Below, piece by piece: positions 24,156 to 37,284 of a stretch of DNA of 64,000 nt. A model generated the notes under the pieces. That model searched no databases and was not told where the DNA came from. It was given only the letters and a program-made list of their open reading frames with translations. The DNA is from Octopus bimaculoides (Eukaryota). The position numbers and the translations under genes are program-made. Within the stretch, counting starts at the first letter, position 1. Each line of letters begins with the position of its first letter. The stretch spans positions 59,923,528 through 59,987,527 of the forward strand of contig NC_068991.1 in assembly GCF_001194135.2 (NCBI RefSeq), written 5' to 3'.

Positions 24156-25949
24156 GTATACATATCAAGATCTTCAATCAATGTGTATTCCAACCATGAC
24201 CATCCTACCGTTTTAGGAGAACACATAAGCACACCATTCAATGTGTTTACCCCTTCTTTTACTAACCAAGGTCAGGGATATTATAGGGAGATTTGGCTGC
24301 TATTTCTAGCAGGTCAAGTGATCTCAAAGGGATATAAAACAAGATGTTTATATCATTATTTATCTATTGTTTCAGACTGTGACCATGCTGGAGTACCACC
24401 TTGAAGGGTTTTAGTCAAACACATTGACCCTAGTATTTATATTTTAAATTTGCTACTTTTTCCATCTGTCTCTTTTGCTGAACTGCTAAGATAGGGGAAC
24501 ATAAACAAACCAACACTGGTTATCAAGCAGTGTGCAAGTGTACTCTTGGAGTGGTTGGCATTAGGAAGGGCACCCACCATAGAAACCATGCTATATCAGA
24601 TTAGAACCTGCTACAGCTTATCAGTTTCAGTCAAACCATCTAACCCATGCCAGCATGGAGAACAGATGCTAAATGAGGATGGGCTTTCACACATTTTCAT
24701 GTCTCCAAAATTCACTCCCAAAGCACTAGTCAACCTGGGGCTATAGTAGAAGACACTTGTTTAAGGTGCCATGCTGTGGGACTGAACCCCAAACCATGTG
24801 GCTGCAAAGCAAGTTTTTTGACCATACAGCCATGCCTGCACCTACTTATGAACACCATCGTCAACATTATCATCTAACGTTTGTTTTCCATGCTGGCATG
24901 GGTTGGACAGTTTGACAAGCTAGCAAGCTGGAGAGCTGCACCAGACTCTAATTGTCTGTTTTGGCATGGTATCTATGGCCTTTCTTAATGCCAACCACTT
25001 TACAGAGCATACTGGAAAAGTGGTTGGCATTAGGAACATAAAAAATATTTCTCTTACTTTTCCTATGAATATTAAATTTTACACTTTTTTCAAGAAATCG
25101 TCTTCTTTCTTATGTTATTTGCTGCATGAGTGGAGTCTGTCCTGAAGGTAAATAACAGGACAGGTTTAGACTACTTAGTAACTGTTCTTATGTCTGCAAT
25201 AGAATAACAACTTGGTTCTTCTACTACATTTAATAATTGTTATCTGGAAAAAAACCTTCAATATCTGGTCTCTCATATGATATCCTCTCTCTCTCTGACT
25301 TATTTATCATCATCATTATCATTGTTTAACGCCTATACTGGCATAGGTTGGATAGTTTGATTGAAAACTGGTAAGCCGGTGGGGCTGCACCAGGTTCCAG
25401 TCTGATTTGGCAAGGTTTCTACGGCTGGATGTCCTTCCTAATGTCAACCACTCCGAGAGTATAGTGGGTGCTTTTTGCACGCCACCGACATGGGTGCCAT
25501 TGACCTGACACCAGCACTGGCTACGACTATGGTCTCACTTGGATTGACAAGTCAACACAAGCACTGTATATCGCCAAGAGTTTTTTGATCACCTGTCACT
25601 GCCTCCATGACTGCTTTTCACTTCAGTACTAGGTCCTTTCTTTATCAGTCATACTCTCTTTCTCCTTTATTCTACGGATTTTATCTCTAGAACTCTCTCT
25701 TCTCTTTATATTTCAACACCTATCGTTATTTTTAATTTCTCTTGCTACAGAGCATAATTCTTTTCCAACGATGGATAAAACAAATTTGTTACCATATTTG
25801 AAGTTCCAAGGGAGCGTTGAAGATAAGTGAGGCGATAATTGGGTAGCGATTCATGTATAAACAACAAAATAATGGGTTCGTTAGGTCAAGTTTTATTTGT
25901 GAAATACAGTTATTTTTTTCATTCACAAGAGTTTCTTTTTCTTCTGCAG

Positions 25950-28900
25950 ATGAACGGAACTTCAAATGTGCATGGCCAGACTGTGGTAAGGCATTTCGTC
26001 ACTCAGATAACTTGAAAGTGCACTACCTACAACATACCAATGAAAAGCCAGTCAAGTGTAATCTATGTGATTTTACGTGTCGTCAAAAAAGTTCTCTTCA
26101 TTGGCACAAACGTAAACGGCATGCCAACGAAATTGCACCTGCATTAAAAGTAGAACCCAAGAAAGAAATTGTCAGCACCAGTTCTGCAGCAAGAGCAGTT
26201 GTTGCACAGGTTACGACTACTACTACAAGTTCAAATAGTAGCAGCAGCACCACCACCACTACTACTACCACCACCACCACCACCACCAGCAACAATGTTC
26301 CTGCAAAATCAACGACAAAGATCTTAAATGATTTACAAACTAAAATCCAAGCTAGTATCGATTTATATGAATTCCAATCAGATGATGATTCAACAACAGA
26401 TGTCATGGACATGTTTTACAAGCGAACAGATCGAGGCAGTACAAACGGTAAAGTTGCAGACACTTCTTCCAGTTTTAAGGCAGGTCCGGAGACTGCTTTA
26501 ATAGAGGCTTCTACATCACTTTCTGAACCAGCAACAACTAAGATGATTACACAAGAGAAGTCATCGTATGTTGAGCTAGAAAGTAAAAAACAAACTGATA
26601 TAAAAAACACTGCTATTCTTGGTGGTATCAGTCCTGTATTATCAACCGTTAGTACTTCTAGCCCCCAAATCACTGCTAAACCATTGAGTGTTGTGAAGAA
26701 AAGGCAATCAAAGAAAGCCAAACCTGTTGATTTAGCTACTATTTCTAGCATAGGGAAACAGGAAAAGAGGCTCCCAGAAATGTCTGAGCTGTCTCCATCT
26801 GTTATGAGTGTAATCCAGGTGCCGGTCATCAAGACAGAACCAGCGATCACTGAAGGGAAATCTGATAAAGAAGAAGAAAAAGGGGAAGAAGAAAAAGAGG
26901 AAGGAAAGGAGGACGATGTAATGGCTCAGGTTAGTTATGAAAGTACGATAGAAAACAAAACTGGTGCTGTTGAAAGTGAAGAACACTGCTTGGTTAATTG
27001 CCAAGAAAAAGACATTCAGGATTGTGTTAGTGAGCAGGCTCAGGCAAATGACAGCCAAACAGTTGTCAGTGTTGGACAACACAGTACAGCACCTGTTATG
27101 TTACCTTCATTGATATCATTACCATCTATCACCTCATTAGATGTCTCCTTGTCTACATCCACACCAATCACATCCACGTCATCATATCACCATTCATCTG
27201 TAACAACACCTTCATCATCACTATCTCCATTGCAACCACCACCACCACCGTCACAACTGCAACCTGAGCCTTCTCTCCCTGAGCAAGATGCTCAACTTTC
27301 AGAATCTTTTGCTGATAATAAAACCGCTTCAGTGAAAGATACAATACAATCTATAAACGACACGGCAGTGACTAACGACTGCAGTGCTATTGACTCTATG
27401 CTGAGACCATCTCCTTTCACGAGTACGTCAACACCACTGTCTGTATCTGTTCATAACATGGACAATCTGGAAAACAGAAATCCTGATTACTCTTCTTCCC
27501 CATCTCCTTCATCATCAGCATCCTCATCATCGTCTTCATCATCAGTATTGTCATCATCTGCATCATCATTTTCAGATTCAGAACCTGAAGACAATGAAGA
27601 AATGAAAGAAGCAGAAGGAGAGTCGAAATTAATCGAGCAACATTATCATTTATCTCCGGCTCAGCAACCATTATTAGAAACGTTATCGTCATCGTCATCA
27701 TCAACATCACCATCAGAACAACAAGCCTCAAGTCATCCAAACGAACCTCTATATATGCAGCCAGAACAAAATAACTGCCGTTCTAACGAACCTGGCCAAT
27801 TGGAAATGGATTTGACCACCACTCTACCTCAAGAGTCTGACAGTGAATCAGAGCATTCGTCTTCAGATGGAAAAGACGATGAAGAGGAGGATGAAGAGGA
27901 GGATGAAGATGTGGATGATAATGATGATGAAGAGAGAATAAATGGAAATAATTGTAAAGATGACATCAAACAGAAAGAGATGCTTGACATTAGAGAATGT
28001 AGCATTTTACACTCTTTGCAGCCTTGCAGTGTCTCTTTAGACAATTTAATGATGGATCCAAAAGTACAAGCCATCACTCTGACTAAAGATAATCTTTTAA
28101 GACCTGTACCTGAACGTAAAAATGGAATTGTGCAATCATATCACGTTCATAATTTTTCTTCTCAGTCAGGATCCAATGAGGTTACAATGGATTACAGAAA
28201 TAGTCCTAAACAAGATATGAGGAATGTTTTAGATTCTGACAATTCAGTACTGGACAACAACTGCAACACACCAACAGAACTGGATGATCACTTAAATAAC
28301 AATCAAAACTTAACTCAAACTTCTGATCATCTGGCTGTTCCAAGTTGTTCAGAACCAAACCAGATGCTGTCTGAACCATCAGAACATCAATATCTTCAAG
28401 AAAGAAAAGTTTATGACAGTTACCAGTTCCAGCCTCCCGAAATTATTATGCCCCACACTCCTTCTGCTTCTATAGGGTTAATGCATAATTTTAAACCACA
28501 AGAAAGAATGAAACAGCTGCAAGAAGATTATCTGAAGAGGAATCAAAGGCGGTATGAAATGATGCAAGAACAACATCAGATGAACTTTGTCCATGATCCT
28601 CAACAAAACTACAGAGAAAATAATAACCTTCCGTATAATCACCACCAGTCGGATCATATGTTTGGAGAATCAAAACTTATGTGCCAGAATCAGTTGAATG
28701 AACATAAAATGGTTAACGAGCAAGAACTTTTACACCAACAACAACAGCAGCAGCAGCAGCAGCAAGATGCAAAATTAACTCATGATTTGCATATTAATGA
28801 AGAATGTAGTGAGGAGGAACAAATGGAAGATAATATAGTTCATGAGCATCAGAGACAGGGAGAGATGGTGTGTGATCAGAAAATAAGTTTCGATAATCAA

Positions 28901-31900
28901 AGAACAGAAGAGGTGAATAACTGTCAAAGGCAAGATAATATTGCTCATGAACAAGATCTGGCTTATGAGCAACAAAGAGAAGATAATGTTATTTGTGAAC
29001 AACAGCAGCAGCAGCAGCAGCAACAACAGCAGCAGCAGCAACATCAGCAACAAGAGGATCATCATGTACATAATGAAGAGTTCATTTTAGAACAACATGA
29101 TCAAGAATTGTCTCATGAACACCAGCAACAAGATGAATTGACTCATAAACCAGAACTAGTATTAGAACATCAGAGATCTGAAGATTTGGCTCAAGAACAC
29201 CTTCGGCAAAAGGAATTGGCTCATGAACAAGAATTAGATTTAGAGAATCAGAGGCAAGAGACTGCAAATAGAGACCATAAGTTATCTTTAGCACATTCTA
29301 GAACTGAAGAATTTTCTTGTGATCAAGAGATTGCTTTGGAACATCAAAGACGAGATAAATTGTCTCATGAACATTTACAAAGGGATGGTTTAATTTGTCA
29401 GCAAGATTTAACTCTTGAACAGCAAGTACAACAAGAAAAATTTGTGCAAGTAGAAGAAACGATCAGAGAACAAGATCTTGCTAAGAGGACCCAAGATTTT
29501 CAAACTAGATGTGAAACTCTTCAGCAAGATGTTGTACATGAGAGTCATACGGCAGAAATTGCTAGGGACAGGCCACTCCATACTGATTCGATAATTCACC
29601 GACACACCAATATTACTAGTGACTCTTGCTCGAGTGAAGTAGTGTCTGACAATCCACATATGACAAATGTAACATGTCCAAGGGATGCACACTCTCAAGA
29701 ACTACATGAAATAGACCATGGCCATGAGTTGCATGACATGTTACATGAACCACATGGAATGCTACATGAACGAGGGCACAAAATGGTCCATGTGCGTCAA
29801 CGTGAGATGGTCCGTGTTCGAGAAATGGTTCGTGTGCGTGAGTACGAGATGGTACGTGAACGAGATCATGAAATAGTGCGTAAACACGAACTTGAACCAG
29901 ATGTAACCAGTGAATTAGTTGCCAAACATGATCCCTCACAAGATATTAAGTTGTCTCACGAACACAAACTTGTTCCACCTGAACATTCAAGTGACCATCC
30001 ATCTCTTTCTCTTGATCATCATAGTGATCTTACCCAGCCAAATACAGAACCAATTACTGCTCAAGTATCTGAGCAAGGAATTCTTCATCGTTCAGAATCT
30101 AATGCTAACTTAAGATTGTCATCACCTCATGTTTCTAGTGCTCAAGACATTTCTCTTGATGAAGCTAACAGATCAGGAGAGGCAGATAAACTAAAGTCTT
30201 CACATTCAGATCACAATAGCATTTTGAACAGTACAGCACGCCATCATCCTTTTGAGCATGAATCTTCTGTTACAAGATATGAATCTGAAATGGCACATTT
30301 AGGCTTTAATCCCATTCAAACTAGACGACACATGGAGGCAAGCATGTCTATGGAGCGCAGTGAGCCCTCTGTTCTTCAATCTGTCCATCATAGAAAGGAT
30401 AGTATGAGCTTGACAACTCCAGATATGTCCAGTTTGCGATCCACAAACATGCTCTCTGATAAATCCCTTCCTTCATCCCATCTACCTATTCATCAACTAG
30501 GGTTTGTTCCTCCACATCCAAGTACTCCAGTTGATGAGAGAGACTACCTGGGACAATACTTACAAGATTTTGATAAAGACACAACTGAAATTGCTGCTCG
30601 TGAACCTGTAGTACGATCTGAAGTTGTCCCACCAATTACTCCTAGCTTCACAGAACCTACAGCAAACTTGGACAATCGAGCTATGATCAGCATTTCCAAT
30701 GATGCACTTAGGCCCTGCTTTTCTGATATGGCATTTAAGCGTTTGGATTTGAGCCATCCACCAGAACGGACTAGCTTAGATAGTTTTCATCAACAGGAAA
30801 CAGCTCTACAAAGGTTATCTAATTTTGCCTCTGAAGGTTTGTCACCAGTAGACAAATCATATGAAACACCAAGGCCTAGTAGTTTCATGCGTCAGAATGA
30901 TGCATTTTTGTCTTGTCCAGCCCCAACAAGCAGTTTTGTACGCTTCTCAGAGAGTGAAGCATCATTACAGAGACAAAGGACTTCATCTTTATTTCAGCAT
31001 GCCAGCACACGCCATCATAAGCTACCTGACACTCCTTTACCTCGCCCCAGCAATCCCACCCTTTTACGAGGACACTCTGGAATTACTGGAGAAGACTTTT
31101 TATCACATGCTGGGGCTGTTGCTCAGAGTGTTCCCAGAAGTCCTTTCCACAATTCTTGGTCAGGACAAGAGCTTCAGTCACACTGGAATCAGCCTACTTA
31201 CATTCAGCCTCCAGTAGACCGACAACCAAATACTGGTACTTCAAGTCTATTGGGAAAAGATTCTTATCTTGCCAGCCGTGATTTAATGTTTGATTCGTCT
31301 TGTCGAGGTATGGCGGATCGACGCATGTTTACAGGATTGTCGTCACCACAGCCTCAGCGGGATCTCACTTGTGATGCCTTCCCTATAGAACGTTTTGATT
31401 TGGGAAGCTACTTTAATAGTCACGCTTACTCAGGTGCTTCTCCTTTAGAGTATGCTCGATCAAACTGTGGCAGCACACAAAAGAACTACGATGATCGATA
31501 CCGCCAACCAGTCACGATGGCAGATCTCAGGGCTTTGCCACAGTCAAATTCTTCTGATATGTTTGGCAACATGAATGTTAATTCTTCATTCAGTTTAGAA
31601 AAGTACATGTACTCACATGAAACAGTCTATCATTCACAGCACTTACCTGAAAATACCAACAGTGCATTTCTAAGCCACAGTAACCCCACACACCAACCTG
31701 GGTATTTTAATCGAGACTATTCCCGACGAGCTCTCTATTCCCAGGCATCGCCCTATGCACTTATGGATGACAGGCAGTACTCAGCTGCAGGTAAACTTAC
31801 CCAGCACCCAGCCCCAATGTCTTCACAAGAAAGAGATTATATCCCACGTTTAGGGAACTCTGAAGAATCTTACAGATACAATGTCCTTTATAATGTCATG

Positions 31901-31918
31901 AATCGGTATTTCGAATGA
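25950..31918 (+). CDS. Giant zinc-finger protein, coding exon 2: two more C2H2 fingers, then a low-complexity tail of about 1930 aa
   Basis: Acceptor tttttcttctgcag|at. Splicing gives HT-D-ERNFKCAWPDCGKAFRHSDNLKVHYLQHTNEKPVKCNLCDFTCRQKSSLHWHKRKRH, paralleling ZFP91 HTDQRDY...CGFTCRQKASLNWH. Total CDS 8877 nt = 2958 aa + stop. The ORF-track start at 25853 is intronic. Confidence 0.92.
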
Positions 31919-32759
31919 GAGAGAGAGATTTAACAAATATAAAATAATGTATGTAAAGAAGTAAAAGTTGTGTGAATGAGAGGTATGTATGACAAAAAAA
32001 GAAACTATCATGTTTTTTGTTGTTTTTTTTTTTAAATGAAAGTATATCAGAAAGAAAGAAAAAAAAAGAATACCTCATTATGTTATCATCTTTAATCCTA
32101 ATCCTCTCTTTAATCTTGTTTCTTATCTCTTCCATGCCATCCATCAATCAAACATTCTTGTTCTGTAGAATATTTACATATTGCACATACAACTTAGTTT
32201 TGAAGTATTTTGAGCATTTAAAAAGAAAGAAAGAAAGAGAAGAAAAACCTATGTATTCTTAAAAGAAAAGAAGAAATTTTTTTAAACAGACTCCCTAAAA
32301 ACCAAATAAATTGGTGGGCGGGTGGGGGATAAACTTAAAAGTCTGTAAAGTATTAATTTATGTACATTCTCTTTAGTTCCACAATGTTGTATGGTTCCCC
32401 ATCCTTTGATCCTTTTTTTTTTATTAATGTTTTACATCAACATGGTATCACTAAAGGAAACGATAAAAACAAGCCAGAGGGTGTCTTTTGTTGTCGTTTT
32501 TAGCTTCATTCTCCCCTTCCAAACTTCCAAATGACATCTTTTTATTCCCACTTTATCACATAATTCACTTAAATTGCTGCTGTTCATAACTATTGCTACT
32601 TAGAACAACAACTGAACAACCAAAAAAAAAAAAAATGTGTTTTTTTTTTTTTTTTTCTTTTGTCATCTGGCTTGAATTTAATATTGAAATGATGTTGAAG
32701 TTTGAATGGGGTGGGGGAGGCAGTGGGCAGACATGCTGTAGAGTTGTGAATATGAGTGT

Positions 32760-32760
32760 G

Positions 32761-32807
<47 letters not shown>

Positions 32808-33250
32808 AGTGGGTGGAGAGATAGAGAGAAAGCTTAAAGAGTGAGAACAATTTGTTGGAAAAAGAGATGGACAAATGATAATAGAAAGTGTGAAAATTAA
32901 AGAGAAAGAGACATGACAGAATGAGAGAGAAAGAGAGAGATGGAAATGGAAGGAAATGTGTGAGAGTATATATATATATAATATATGTGAGAAAATCTGA
33001 ATAAGTGTGTGTGTGTGAAAGGTAAAAGAGAAACAGAAACTATGTAGAGAGGAAAAGAAAATGATAGTGTTTGTGTGTGAGTGTGGTGAGAAAGATAAAA
33101 AGATCTATGTTAAATCAGACATTGAGTTATGTTTATGTATGAAAATGAAAAGAGCGAAAGCACATCCATGTATATATATATATATTATATGTTGTAAGAA
33201 AGTGAAAATAAAGAGTGAGAGAGAGAGAGTACGTGTGTATGTGTGTGTTC
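32760..33250. repeat. (TG)n/(GA)n/(TA)n-rich low-complexity tract in the probable ZNF 3' UTR
   Basis: Direct inspection. AATAAA hexamers near 32305, 33207 and 33328. Confidence 0.7.
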
Positions 33251-33926
33251 ATGAGAGAAAGGAACGGTTACTGCTCTGTATGGTTTATTACACAACAAAT
33301 GTTAGTATGAAGTTAGTTAAATTAGAAATAAATAAAATTGATTAATGATTAGTTCAGTTTTTAATGTGTTTTCTATTTCAGTTATATATCTCTCTATATA
33401 GTTAAACCCAGCCCTGTGTGTATATCAGAATTGAACATATTAACATCTCATGTCAGGCAAACACTTGTATAAACACAATGTTCTTATATGTCCTTAAACA
33501 CACACACAACTCTCCCAGCCCTACATAACTTATATATCTTACACATATATCTAATGCATGCACAGAAGACATGCACTCTGATTTACATTACACACACACA
33601 CATGCATAAACACATTTGTATATACAACATCTATACAATACCTCTATCCTTGTTTATCACCGATTTATTCATCACTGATCCAGTATAATATGGTGTGCTA
33701 TTTGTGAACTATGTTATAGTTATCACAAATTGATCTGAGATGAGACAGGTCAGTGATCAGTCAAAGATTCTGCATGGATTGCAAAGGCATGCTCCAGTGA
33801 CCATCCACAATGCTCAGGACAACTTGGGGAGTCACAGAACAAATGTGACTGCCGTTATGTGTTATATTGTTCATTTTTTAACCAAACACCCATAATAAAC
33901 AAGGATAGATGTATACATATTGCACA

Positions 33927-34234
33927 GGCACTCTGTCACTTATGACAATGAGGGTTCCAGTTGATCTGATCAAAGGAGCAGCTTGCTCATAAAATTAGTG
34001 GTTGAACACTACAGACACACATACACTTAATGTAGTTCTCAGGGAGATTCAGTGTGATACACAATGTTAAAAGGCTGGCCTTTTGAAATATAGGTACAAC
34101 TCATTTTTGTCAGCTGAGAGAACTGGAATAATGTGATATAAAGTGCCTTGCTTGAGGACACAACATGCCACCAGAAATCGGAACTCACAACTTTATGATC
34201 ATAAGCCAAATACCCAAACCACTTAGCCATGTGC
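33927..34234 (-). mobile_element. Family-D SINE
   Basis: Homologous to 8701-9020 and 60182-60504. Confidence 0.75.
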
Positions 34235-36189
34235 CTTCACCGTTACACAAGAGATATACAAACATACACACATGCATATAATCAAAGAAAGCTGGTGTAA
34301 AATATAACAATATACATAATATCAATAGTCTTAACCACGGAGCACATATCTAGTACACACACACACACAATGCATACCTCAGTATGCTAGAAATAACAAC
34401 CAAACCATTCTTAAATCATACACTAATCTTTAAAAGTAGAGATACATTGGATGACCAAAACCGACCTGGAGCTAAGCAACCTATATTGTTACACCTGCAG
34501 TACGTAGCACACACACAACCAGTGAGTCATTGTTTATCAAAATGTCATGGTGTATGAGATATAGAGCTCTATAATTAAGTTGATATGAAGGGATCAAAGC
34601 AATGTCTTTTATTTTCTGTGATTAATGCCATCAAGAAGCAACAGCCTGGTGAGTAAGGCATTGCTTACTTTTTGAATGAAGAGTTTTAAGTTCATACCTC
34701 ACTATTGGAATTATTTTACTTGACAGAAAGCAAATCAAGGTAAGGAACAATGATCAAGTTAAATAACTGGGAACTGATGAAGAATTTTGGAGTTTAGGAT
34801 TCTCTGCACACTTGAGAACAAAATGAAATGTTACCTGTTTATTTTGAATTTTTGTTTTCATATTACAGAAATTATTTTCAGATATGACACATTTTGGCGC
34901 TGTCTCTTTGGTTTTGTTGATACAATATTGATCAGATGTTTCTCCTATTGTCTCTCCCTGATCGTGTGAGGCTATTTCTCCATGTGTGAGATGAGGGGAA
35001 ACTATTTATGTCAATCATGTTCAATTAACTAATTGTAATGTCCCCACCTTTCTCACTTTTCTATCTGTATATGTCTGCATGTATGCATGTGTTTGCCTTC
35101 AGTGCCAAAATGAATTGTCGCCAAAACAGATTAAATGTTCAGTCAACCGTGCCAAATTGTCAATATCTGATCAATCATGCCCAGTTACCTCATTGCTCAA
35201 GTACACAATGCATTACCCACTTCGGGAATCGAAACCACTCTTACAATCACGAGTCTAACACCCTAACCACTTAGCCATGCACCTCCACACTTAGTAGGCA
35301 AAAATAAGTAATCCTGCGATGGATTGACATCCTATCCAAGTGGGGAATATACTTGCCATGTATCATTCAGGAAGGATCTTTATCCTAATCATCTCATTCC
35401 TCTTACTTCCTACTTAAGTTTTCAGATTTCCAGGAGCATAACAGAATATCTATATGGTAGAGATCTGCTGTAATTTGTTCTTCATAAAGTTGTTTTATTT
35501 TGTGCATTTTGTGAATCCTAATGTCATTAGTCATGGCTTTCCTAGGGACTAAATACTAATTACTTGCATTTATAATGTTAAGAATGTTTTTTTTTTTCCT
35601 TTTCTGTTATAGTATTCAGTTTTAATTACTATAACAAAGTAAAATACTTCATTGCCATCTCTAGTTGGAAATGAATAGTTTAGATTGGCTTCACCTTGTT
35701 TCATGCTCCAATCGCAAGTGCAGATCTCTGGAAGAAGTATTACATGGTGGTTTTATGTTTGGAAGTAGTTGTTTATTGGGATTCTTGTTCTGCTTATATC
35801 TTTTAAGGTATACATGCACAAACGCACACATCATCATCATCATCATTTAACATCTTTTTTTCCATGCTGGCATGGGTTGGACTGTTTTTTGACAAGGTTC
35901 TGGCAAGCCAGAGGACTGAACCACGCTCCAGTTGTCTGTTTTGGCATGATGTCTATGACTGGATGCCCTTCCTAATAATGCCAACCACTTTAAAGAGTGT
36001 ACTGGGTGCTTTGTACGTGGCATCAGCACACACAAGAAAGACAAAAACATCACCAGTGGACATGCGGCAGAAGTCTGCTCAAAATGTGAAGACCGGTGGA
36101 TTGCTGCTAAGCATTTTGCTGGCATGCTAATGGTTCTCCCAGCTTGCCACCTTAAATTTATCTTCACTTTTAATATTAGTCAAACATAT

Positions 36190-36710
36190 GGTGGTGAATT
36201 GGCGGAATTGTTACTGCACCAGAAAAAAATGCTTAATGACATTTCTTCTGAGTTCACATGCTGCTGGGGTCGACTTTGCCTTTCATCCTTTTAAAGTTGA
36301 TAAAATAAGTATCAGTTAAGTACTGGGTGGGTGGGGGGTTCGATGTAATTGGCTTACCCACTCACCCAAAATTGCTGGTCTTGTGCAAAAATTTGAAATA
36401 AAATTGTCTTTTCCACTCTAGGCACAAGGCCCGAAATTTTGGGGGAGGGGCCCAGTCGATTAGATCGACCCAGTACGCAACTGGTACTTAATTTATCGAT
36501 CTCAAAAAGGATGGAAGGCAAAGTCGACCTCGGCGGAATTTGAACTGAGAATGTAAAGACAGACGAAATAAAACAGCCAATTGGTTCCGCTGAGGTCGAC
36601 TTTGCTTTTCATCCTCTCGGTCAACGAAATATGCAGCAGTTGAACACAATTGTTGATGTAATAGACTTACTCTCTCTAAATTGTTGGCCTTGTACTAAAA
36701 TTGAAGCCAA
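36190..36710. mobile_element. Cluster of three family-C SINE pieces in +/-/+ orientation
   Basis: The motif gaggtcgactttgc.tttcatcc occurs forward near 36255 and 36592 and reversed (ggatggaaggcaaagtcgacctc) near 36510. Confidence 0.75.
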
Positions 36711-37126
36711 TATTAATCAATTAATTAAATGCTAAATAATTAACTAATCGTTCGGTCAATCAACTTAATTAGCTAGATTTGTCAAATTTATTTGTGACTA
36801 CAATAACGTGTCCTCTTCATAGGTGAGGAGATTTGCTTTTCATAGCAGCGTGACAGCTCAATTATCTAAACGAATCTAGCAAGGGAGACAATTCAAGGCA
36901 ACGAGACATTAGACCAAGGGGAGAAACTTCGCATGGTTCAGGAAAGAAAATTCAAACAGCTGTTAGTATACAGAAAGCGATGTGTATTATTCGAATTTGT
37001 TGTTCAAATAAATGCCACGGGACCTGTGTGTAATTATTTTTCTATGCTCGTTTTCATTTCATTTATGAAAATTATTTCGTGTTTTTTTAGAGGGACATCT
37101 AAGTGTATTTTCGTTAAAAAGATTGT

Positions 37127-37284
37127 CAACAAAAATTTGCAATGTGGAAGGTGTTTATAAGCCATTTAAAAACACAAAATTCACTTCAACATTTAAATTT
37201 AATTTGTCAAAATATTTTCTAACGTTTTTTTTTTGTGTTTTTAAACGGCTTGTAAACACCTTCCACGCTGCAATTGTTTTTGTT
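37127..37284. mobile_element. Palindromic MITE (about 160 bp)
   Basis: tgcaatgtggaaggtgtttataagccatttaaaaacacaaaa versus ttttgtgtttttaaacggcttgtaaacaccttccacgctgca: a 42-bp inverted repeat with four transition mismatches. Confidence 0.8.

Noticed and set aside
25125-25250. Hairpin followed by AGAATA (H-box-like) suggesting an H/ACA snoRNA
   Set aside because: No convincing second hairpin or terminal ACA box.
25853-25949. ORF-track N-terminus MYKQQNNG... of the 2021-aa ORF
   Set aside because: Intronic read-through. The polypyrimidine tract and AG at 25948-49 give an in-phase splice that restores the ZFP91-like HTD linker.
34727-34739. 13-nt AG...GTAAG micro-exon-like site
   Set aside because: No host gene or frame context; such matches are common by chance.
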